From Dehalococcoidia bacterium UBA5620 (GTDB taxonomy: Bacteria > Chloroflexota > Dehalococcoidia > GIF9 > UBA5629), in assembly GCA_002423605.1 (NCBI GenBank), contig DIKK01000022.1, forward strand, positions 34,882 through 98,881: DNA of 64,000 nt, written 5' to 3'. A model generated the notes under the pieces. The model was not told where the DNA came from. It saw only the letters and a list, made by a program, of their open reading frames with translations, and did not search any database. This document shows, piece after piece, positions 8,443-15,468 of this stretch (its first letter is position 1; every line of letters starts with the position of its first letter). The position numbers and the translations under genes are program-made.

Positions 8443-10665
8443 TCATTGACCATTTGATTCTGCAGTTCCTCTACTATAGCCTTCTTCTGCTAGCTTCTCC
8501 ATGATGCGGGCGGCTCTAGGGTAGCCGATACGTAGACGGCGCTGCAAAAAGGAACTTGAGATGTTTTTATGTTCTTGGGCTAACTGTCTGGCAGCTTCCA
8601 GCATTGCGTCTTCGCCGTTTTTTTCGGTTGAAGCAAGTTCACTCATCTCCTCGAATCTGAGTGGTTTCATCTCGGGTCTTTTTTGATTACCCCAGAACGA
8701 TACTATCCTCTCTATTTCAGCATCGGAGATAAAAGTCCCCTGAAGACGTTTTGGTTTGCTGGCATCTGTGGGCATATAAAGCATATCGCCTCTGCCCAGC
8801 AGCTTTTCAGCTCCAGCAGCATCAAGGATGGTTCTTGAGTCCACCTGTGAAGTGAGCGCAAAACTTATACGTGTTGGGAAGTTAGCTTTGATGAGACCGG
8901 TGACCACGTCGACAGACGGACGCTGGGTCGCTACGACCATATGGATACCGGTAGCCCGGGCTAGTTGAGCTAAACGGCAAAGAGTATGCTCCACCTCGTC
9001 GAAAGCTGCCATCATCAGGTCAGCTAGCTCGTCGATAACCACCACTATATAGGGCATTGTGTCTCCGTAATGTCGATTTGTGTTGTAGCTATCGATGTTA
9101 CGTGCGCCGGCCCGGGCGAACTTGTTATAGCGGTTGTCCATCTCCTGGTTAAGCCAACGTAACGCCAGGATTGCTTTATCAGAATCTACAACCACAGGAG
9201 CTGCCAGATGAGGCAGGCTATTAAAATTAACCAGCTCCACGCGTTTTGGATCAATCATAATGCACTGGACATCATCGGGGGTATTGTGGATAAGAAGGCA
9301 GCAGATGATCGAGTTGAGACAGGCGGTCTTACCACTGCCGGTGGCTCCAGCAATAAGCAGATGGGGCATTCTATCCAGATAGCCAGCTACTGTTTCTCCT
9401 CCAGCTCCCTTGCCCAAAGCCAGAGCCAGTTTTGATTTGGCATGCGCTTTTTGAAAGGCGGAGCTCTCAATTACGCCCCGCAGATTGACCAAACTAAAGG
9501 TAGTATTTGGTACCTCGATGCCTACCACTGATTTTCCTGGCACTGGAGCTTCGATTCTGATGCTTGGCGCAGCCAGTGCCAGAGCTAGGTCGTTAGCCAG
9601 GGCGCTAATACGGTCAACTTTAACTCTAGTTTTTGACACCTCCTCCAGGCGGGTTATATCATTGCCAAATTCATCGCGCTCTCGGATTTTTTTGTATTTG
9701 CGGTCCCATCCAGGCTCGACTCCGAACTGGGTTACGGTAGGGCCGACATTGATCTGGACTACTTTAGCCTCAACGCCGTAGCTGTTTATAGCTTCTTCGA
9801 TGAGCTGTGCACGCTTCTCAACATCACTCTGGTTTAGCTCTATTTCCGTGGGCTTATTCAGGATATTTACCGGGGGTAAGCACCAGCCACCGGTGGTAAA
9901 TATCGATTGGTATTTTCTTGGCTCCCATGACTCGGGAGCAGGTACTTTGCGTGTTGGTGGAGGGGTGACAAAAGGAGGTTCTGTGTTGGTCTGTTTTTCC
10001 TCGGGAACGTGCATCTCTGTTTTTAGAGGCGTGACACTAATGACTTCTGTAACCAGCTGTATTTCCCTGGGAGCTAGGGCTGCCAGTGCTGCTGCGGGTA
10101 TGATACTAAGGGCTTGCATAACTACCTGTATTTCCTTTGGGGAAGGCACTGCCGGTATTGCTGGGGGTATGATGCTAATGGCTTGTGAAACAGGTTGTTC
10201 TTCCTCGATAGCAGGTGCTTCGGCTGCAGGTTGAGGCGTGGCGATGATGTCTTGCATAGCTGGTTGCTCTTCCTCAGGAGCAGGCACTTCGTCTGTTGTT
10301 GGAGATGCACTACTGCGGGCTTGTGAAACAGGTTGTTCTTCCTCGGTAGCAGGTACTTCAGCTGCAGGTTGAGGCGTGATACTAGGGGTCTGCGTAACTG
10401 GCTGATTTTCCTCGACATTGGAAAGTCCGAAGAATTTTGTTACCGGGTCAGGTTTGGCTTTAGGCGGCCGATGGCCGGTGACACTTTGCGGTGTTGGTGT
10501 AGTTGATGGTCTGGTTGGTTGTGGCTTGTGAGGTTTCTGCTGCTGTTGTTCCGCTCGATGCTTGTTCCCAAAAAGTAAGCCACAACTCGGGCAGCGACCA
10601 GATGCCTTATTTGTCTTGATACCACATCGCGGGCAATCGTTAAGGTGGTTTGTAGCGTTGTCCAT
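8443..10665 (-). CDS. ftsK: FtsK/SpoIIIE-family DNA translocase with an N-terminal C4 zinc ribbon, no TM domain, and a long Pro/Glu-rich repeat linker
   Basis: CPRCG...CPSCG at the N-terminus. Walker A GATGSGKT, Walker B VVVIDELADL. C-terminal gamma-like winged helix (SSFLQRRLRIGYPRAARIMEKLAEEGY). Confidence 0.85.
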   Translation of the reverse strand: MDNATNHLNDCPRCGIKTNKASGRCPSCGLLFGNKHRAEQQQQKPHKPQPTRPSTTPTPQSVTGHRPPKAKPDPVTKFFGLSNVEENQPVTQTPSITPQPAAEVPATEEEQPVSQARSSASPTTDEVPAPEEEQPAMQDIIATPQPAAEAPAIEEEQPVSQAISIIPPAIPAVPSPKEIQVVMQALSIIPAAALAALAPREIQLVTEVISVTPLKTEMHVPEEKQTNTEPPFVTPPPTRKVPAPESWEPRKYQSIFTTGGWCLPPVNILNKPTEIELNQSDVEKRAQLIEEAINSYGVEAKVVQINVGPTVTQFGVEPGWDRKYKKIRERDEFGNDITRLEEVSKTRVKVDRISALANDLALALAAPSIRIEAPVPGKSVVGIEVPNTTFSLVNLRGVIESSAFQKAHAKSKLALALGKGAGGETVAGYLDRMPHLLIAGATGSGKTACLNSIICCLLIHNTPDDVQCIMIDPKRVELVNFNSLPHLAAPVVVDSDKAILALRWLNQEMDNRYNKFARAGARNIDSYNTNRHYGDTMPYIVVVIDELADLMMAAFDEVEHTLCRLAQLARATGIHMVVATQRPSVDVVTGLIKANFPTRISFALTSQVDSRTILDAAGAEKLLGRGDMLYMPTDASKPKRLQGTFISDAEIERIVSFWGNQKRPEMKPLRFEEMSELASTEKNGEDAMLEAARQLAQEHKNISSSFLQRRLRIGYPRAARIMEKLAEEGYSRGTAESNGQ
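10060..10420. repeat. Roughly 141-bp tandem DNA repeat, about 2.5 copies, encoding the FtsK linker repeats
   Basis: gcttgtgaaacaggttgttcttcctcg.tagcaggt.cttc.gctgcaggttgaggcgtg recurs at about 10178 and about 10319. Confidence 0.6.
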
Positions 10666-10907
10666 ATGGGATGGCTGTGGTGCCTTCTTTACGGCAGCCT
10701 TCTTCCTATAGCTTTTCCATGATTCTGGTGAAATGCATCAAATATTTGTACCACTTTTTGAGTTAGTCCTGCAAATATAATAGCCTAAGGAGCGAGTTAT
10801 CTTAGTTAGCATTCTTTAGTGCATGCCACTGTCTTTAACGATTCTCTGCCATTAAGGTTTAGTAGTGTTTTGTATTGTTACATAATTTGGGCTGTTGATG
10901 AGAGTAT

Positions 10908-10942
10908 CGCGAACCGCTGCTCTACCACTGAGCTACGCTGGC
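10908..10942 (-). other. tRNA 5'-half-like fragment, copy 3 (ends in the anticodon-loop region)
   Basis: GCCAGCGTAGCTCAGTGGTAGAGCAGCGGTTCG, then divergent. Confidence 0.5.
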
Positions 10943-10957
10943 ATGCACGATGCGGGG

Positions 10958-11179
10958 TTAAAGTTTTGACGCTCCCCTGCCGCTCCAGTCTACCCCCGGC
11001 GGCAGCACCTCATCAAGGAGCGAAATTGCATCTTCCTGCATCCCCGATATTATATGCGAATAGGTGTCCATGGTAAAGGCTACGCTGGCATGTCCCGGAG
11101 CCTCGGAAATGACCCTGGGCTTTGCTCCCACATGGAGTCCCAAGTAATGGGAAACTATGTAGACCCTGCAGGTATGCAT
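10958..11179 (-). pseudogene. Tyrosine recombinase C-terminal remnant
   Basis: ...IVSHYLGLHVGAKPRVISEAPGHASVAFTMDTYSHIISGMQEDAISLLDEVLPPGVDWSGRGASKL*. Confidence 0.7.
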
Positions 11180-11400
11180 CTATGCTCCGGGTTTGTGTTT
11201 CAGCCCATTATTGTTTTATTGCCATGTTTGAGACCCGGTGGGGGTAGCAGGAAACATCCTCACCTATGGCATTATTTGAATACTGGACGCGGTCTGTCGG
11301 TGTGTGTGTTGCGACCTGCTGTCCGAGCGTCAACCGAGCGTCAGGATATGTGGCTGTCAGGATAGACAGCGGATCAGCAGACCGCCGCTCAATATGCTGA
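11160..11400. repeat. R3 conserved non-coding block, copy 2
   Basis: See 4968-5250. Confidence 0.5.
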
Positions 11401-11786
11401 CGTTAATAACAGGTATAACATTAAGACCATTATCTGAAGCAGGCAGAATACAATACGGTATGACCTAATAGTGCACTTAGATATCGGCCTCCTGCTCTGG
11501 AAGCTGTATCGGTAGCATCTCCAACTCAAGAGGTGATACACTTCTTTGGGACAGGCCTAAGTAAATAATTCCGCTATAGTGAATCATTTTACGGGGCTAT
11601 CAGGACTCATCACTGGATATCGCTGACAGCACACCGGCATAGGTATTCATACTAGGCATTGAAAGAATAAATAAAGTATTGTAGAATTATGATGTAAGCG
11701 CAATTGAACCTATTCTTGGTGCAACCATTTTACTGGTCTAAGAATGTGTGTTATCTTATTTCTGGGTGTAAGATATTTAGTGGTAG

Positions 11787-13127
11787 ATGACGTTGAAACC
11801 TAGAGGACTGTTCGTAAAAAAGCAAGAAGCACCACTTCAACAGATTGCGGAACTTCCTATCCGTGAAGGTCTCCTGAATTATTTCGATGATCTTCCTATT
11901 GGCATAAATACCGTGGATATCCTGGGCAATTTTACCTATGTTAACAAGAGATTTCTGGAAGTATCAGGTTATTCCAAAGAGGAAGTTATTGGAAAGAACG
12001 GGTTAAAAATTGGCTTGTTTCCCCCAGATAGCTTAAAACGCTTAGCCAAAAGGATGCGGGCTAGGTTATCTGGAAAACCCTCGCAATATTTGGAGCTTCA
12101 GTTCAAATGCAAGGATGGCAGGTTGATCTGGGTAGAGCTTGAAGCTAGGTTGCTCAAAAATCATGGTTTTCCAATCGGCTTTCAAATTACTTCAAGGGAC
12201 ATCACCTATCGTAAGCAAGCTGAGGAGATGCTTGCCGACGAAGCGAACCGATGGCGTATGCTAATGCAACAGTCCAGAGACGGGATAGTTATCATCGATG
12301 AGGACGGCAAGGTGCATGAGGCAAACCAGCGTTTTGCCGAGATGCTCGGATATTCTCCCGATGAAGTCAGCCAGCTATACTTATGGGATTGGGATACTCA
12401 ATATACACGTGAGCAACTGCTCGAGATGGTGCGGACTGTTAGCGAGGCGGGCGACCATTTCGAGACATACCACCGTCGTAAGGACGGTACTACTATTGAT
12501 GTTGAAATCAGCAGCAATGGGGCTATGTTTGCAGGACATAAACTGATTTTCTGCGTGTGTCGTGATATAAGCGAACGCAAGAAGGCAGACGAGGCTATAA
12601 AGAGAGTTAATAAGCAGTTAATGGAATCGTCCAACCATGATATTATGACCGGCTTGCCAAATAGAAGGTTATTATATGAACATTTTGACATAGCACTGGC
12701 GAGTGCACAGCGAAACAAGAAAATACTGGCAACAATATCCCTCGATCTTGACAAATTCAAGGCTATAAATGACGCATTTGGTCATGACGTAGGAGATAAG
12801 CTATTAGTTGCCGCTGCAGACCGGATGACCAGCATTTTACGTAAGACTGATACAGTTGCCCGCATGGGCGGAGATGAATTTGTTGTGCTTTTATGGGATC
12901 TTGACCATAAAAGCACAACAGTTAAAGTTGCACAAAAAATATTAGAGGGGTTCCGACAACCGTTCAGTGTTGATGGTCACACGCTTAATAATACTGTCAG
13001 TGTGGGCGTCGCAATATATCCGGAAAATGGCAGTAACATCGAAGAATTGCTGAAGAGTTCCGATAAATCACTGTATCGAGTAAAAGAAAGTGGCAGGAAT
13101 AATTATCAATTGTCTGCTAGCAGCTAA
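11787..13127 (+). CDS. PAS-PAS-GGDEF diguanylate cyclase
   Basis: Two PAS blocks followed by GGDEF (RMGGDEFVVLL). The last ~450 nt are about 90% identical, in inverted orientation, to the 3' end of the 15469-18423 gene. Confidence 0.85.
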   Translation: MTLKPRGLFVKKQEAPLQQIAELPIREGLLNYFDDLPIGINTVDILGNFTYVNKRFLEVSGYSKEEVIGKNGLKIGLFPPDSLKRLAKRMRARLSGKPSQYLELQFKCKDGRLIWVELEARLLKNHGFPIGFQITSRDITYRKQAEEMLADEANRWRMLMQQSRDGIVIIDEDGKVHEANQRFAEMLGYSPDEVSQLYLWDWDTQYTREQLLEMVRTVSEAGDHFETYHRRKDGTTIDVEISSNGAMFAGHKLIFCVCRDISERKKADEAIKRVNKQLMESSNHDIMTGLPNRRLLYEHFDIALASAQRNKKILATISLDLDKFKAINDAFGHDVGDKLLVAAADRMTSILRKTDTVARMGGDEFVVLLWDLDHKSTTVKVAQKILEGFRQPFSVDGHTLNNTVSVGVAIYPENGSNIEELLKSSDKSLYRVKESGRNNYQLSASS

Positions 13128-13350
13128 TTCCGTAATTAAACGCAAAAGTAATCCCTTCTGCCATATCCGAGCAGATAACCTGTTTTACGCAGCGCTAGCT
13201 GGCTGTAACATGCATAGCTAAATCCGTGTTTGTCATTTGACCTGTCGTTCTTTATGCCGCCATCTCCCACGTTTTAGACCCCTGTATACCCCACCTTGCT
13301 ATTCATCTCAGCTTTCCAAATTTCCCCCGGATGGTTTACGATTTTCAGCA

Positions 13351-13523
13351 ATGGACAAGCGCACCGAACGGATCTTCTACACGTTCACAGAAGCTATGAA
13401 TCATTTGGCAGTCAGCAGGTACACGCTGCGCAAGCTGATGAAGTCAGGGCTACCGAGCCACAGATAGGTATAAAGATCGTGTTCCTTAAGGACGATGTGG
13501 CTGAGTGGATAAAGAGGCACTAG
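13351..13523 (+). pseudogene. Excisionase-like HTH gene, paralog 3, disrupted
   Basis: MDKRTERIFYTFTEAMNHLAVSRYTLRKLMKSGLPSHR* (TAG), then out of frame IGIKIVFLKDDVAEWIKRH. Confidence 0.6.
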
Positions 13524-13591
13524 ATTTTGTCACTGAAGGCTGGAGGCGAGCAGAGCAGTGATACTCCCTGAGTCGATGATTAAGATATAGT

Positions 13592-13879
13592 TTATGGGCG
13601 GTAAGTAGTCTCGGTACGGCGGGTTATCTGGATTATAAGCACCAACTTCTGAGAATCGTACACTTCGTAGACAACTCTGTAGTTGCCGGCTCTTATTCTA
13701 TAGGCTGCCTCGGCGCCTTTGATTTTTCTGACGCCATGGGGACGTGGTTCAACGGCTAAGGCTACAATGGAGAAGCTTAGACGCTCGAAATCGTGGAGTC
13801 GTATTCGGCCTTTCAGTTTTTGTAGGTCACGATCAGCGGCAGGTGATACTTCGATGCGGTACGCTTTTGGCTTGTTCAT
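13592..13879 (-). CDS. RelE/ParE-family toxin
   Basis: 95 aa, YRIEVSPAADRDLQKL...YRIRAGNYRVVYEV. Immediately downstream of a small RHH-like gene. Confidence 0.7.
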   Translation of the reverse strand: MNKPKAYRIEVSPAADRDLQKLKGRIRLHDFERLSFSIVALAVEPRPHGVRKIKGAEAAYRIRAGNYRVVYEVYDSQKLVLIIQITRRTETTYRP

Positions 13880-13887
13880 TGGCTGAA

Positions 13888-14148
13888 TTACGTTTTGCTT
13901 TCACGTTTGGTCAGCGCCTCTGTCATCTCCCTCTCTACCTCAGCCCAGGGACGACCACCTTTTTCCTCCCATTCAGCTCGGGCAGCATCGATTACAGGCA
14001 ATAGCTCAGCATCCTCCCTGTTTTCCAGCCACTCAAGTACAGCTTCACTGACTATATCGCTGGCAGGCTTGCGCCGCCTCACGGCCTCTACTTTCAGATT
14101 GGTGTAGAGGTCATCATCGTGAAAGACTACGGTCATTCTTCTGCTCAT
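13888..14148 (-). CDS. RHH/CopG-type antitoxin (start taken at MSRRM; the track ORF is longer)
   Basis: MTVVFHDDDLYTNLKVEAVRRRKPASDIVSEAVLEWLE. Confidence 0.55.
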   Translation of the reverse strand: MSRRMTVVFHDDDLYTNLKVEAVRRRKPASDIVSEAVLEWLENREDAELLPVIDAARAEWEEKGGRPWAEVEREMTEALTKRESKT

Positions 14149-14232
14149 CGGTATCCTCCATTCAAGCGTATAGGCATAAAAGCATACACGTGCATGTATT
14201 GTATCAATAGATGTTTTGGCAGTCAACTTCTA

Positions 14233-14502
14233 TCAGTCATATGTAGGTGGACTCGCCTCCTCCTTTGACATTTCCATGCCGCTCCGGGCCACCCCCGACG
14301 GCAGCACCTCATCTAATAGCGCCATGGCATCTTCCTGCATGCTATGATAGACGTCCATCGTAAAGGCAACGGAGGCATGCCTCAGGGCCTCGGAAATCAC
14401 CTTGGGCATTGATACCGAAGTGCGTGTTATAGATTTACGATACGATAACATTATGGGAATAGCCCATAATGTACTTGACAAAATATATAGTGTGCTGTAC
14501 AC
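14233..14502 (-). pseudogene. Tyrosine recombinase C-terminal remnant (diverged 3' tail, no adjacent tRNA-like piece)
   Basis: ...MPKVISEALRHASVAFTMDVYHSMQEDAMALLDEVLPSGVARSG.... Confidence 0.6.
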
Positions 14503-14534
14503 TTAGCATACGATACTATACAGGAGGCATCGGA

Positions 14535-14915
14535 ATGAAAATAAGTAGATATCGTATTTACAAGGCGATCATAGGAGGTGGGCTGGGTGCTGCTGTGGGA
14601 ATTGCGGTTGCTACTGACACCGCCATAATTGCGCTGGTGGCGGTTGTTGTAGCTATTGTAATTGCGGTTATTCTGGAACGTAGAAACAAGGAGATAGTTC
14701 GGGATGAGCGAATCTTGCAGATCGGCAGGAAAGCTACTTCTACCTCTTTCTATGGCATGCTTATTCTGGCGGGAGTCGCCTCATTGGGCACCGCCCTTTT
14801 CCGCAACCAGTTGCCGGAGAGTGTTGTTTTTGCTGGTTCTATCATGGGCTATTTTGTCTGTGTTGCATTAATACTATATATGTGTTTGTACGCCTATTTC
14901 AGCCGGAAGCTATAG
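14535..14915 (+). CDS. DUF2178-like small membrane protein
   Basis: MKISRYRIYKAIIGGGLGAAVGIAVAT..., three or four TM helices. Abuts an XRE regulator, the usual pairing for this family. Confidence 0.55.
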   Translation: MKISRYRIYKAIIGGGLGAAVGIAVATDTAIIALVAVVVAIVIAVILERRNKEIVRDERILQIGRKATSTSFYGMLILAGVASLGTALFRNQLPESVVFAGSIMGYFVCVALILYMCLYAYFSRKL

Positions 14916-14916
14916 G

Positions 14917-15162
14917 GTGCGACAGATGAAAAACAGGCTAAAGGTATTTCGTGCCATGCATGACCTCACACAGGAGGCGCTGGCCGATCAATTGCGCGTG
15001 ACCAGGCAGACGGTCGTTTCCATCGAAAATGGTAAATACGATCCTTCCCTGCCGCTTGCTTTTCGTATCGCCAATCTTTTTAATGTAAAAATTGAGGACG
15101 TCTTTTTATACGAAGGTGAACCGGGTGAATTTCATGGCTATCCACCCATGTCTAAGAAGTAG
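14917..15162 (+). CDS. XRE-family HTH transcriptional regulator
   Basis: LTQEALADQLRVTRQTVVSIENGKYDPSLPLAFRIANLF. Confidence 0.8.
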   Translation: MRQMKNRLKVFRAMHDLTQEALADQLRVTRQTVVSIENGKYDPSLPLAFRIANLFNVKIEDVFLYEGEPGEFHGYPPMSKK

Positions 15163-15227
15163 CGCCTATTTATATAGGGATACCATCTGCGCAGTTGTTA
15201 AAAGCCGTGCCAGGTGCAGAATCGATG

Positions 15228-15245
15228 CCACTGAGCTACGCTGGC
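15228..15245 (-). other. Truncated tRNA-like fragment (acceptor 5' strand plus start of D arm only)
   Basis: GCCAGCGTAGCTCAGTGG, then unrelated sequence. Confidence 0.4.
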
Positions 15246-15260
15246 ACGCACGATGCGTGG

Positions 15261-15420
15261 TTAAAGATTTGACGCTCCCCCTGCCGCTCCGTGCTACCCC
15301 CGACGGCAGCATCTCATCAAGGAGCGACATCGCATCTTCCTGCATGCTATGAGTAGACGTCCATTGTAAAAGCAGCTGAGCTATGTCCTAGCGCCTCCGA
15401 TATTACTTTAGGCTTTGCGT
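15261..15420 (-). pseudogene. Tyrosine recombinase C-terminal remnant, copy 5
   Basis: Complement encodes ...KPKVISEALGHSSAAFTMDVYSHSMQEDAMSLLDEM...; below the ORF-track size cutoff. Confidence 0.55.
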
Positions 15421-15468
15421 CTCTTAATGGCATATGACTGGCAAAGGTATTCTTAGGCTCTTTGATAA

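Noticed and set aside
9208-10418. Several 75-144 aa ORFs inside ftsK in other frames
   Set aside because: They lie within the repetitive Pro/Glu-rich linker and the ATPase core of a well-supported gene, and are low complexity.
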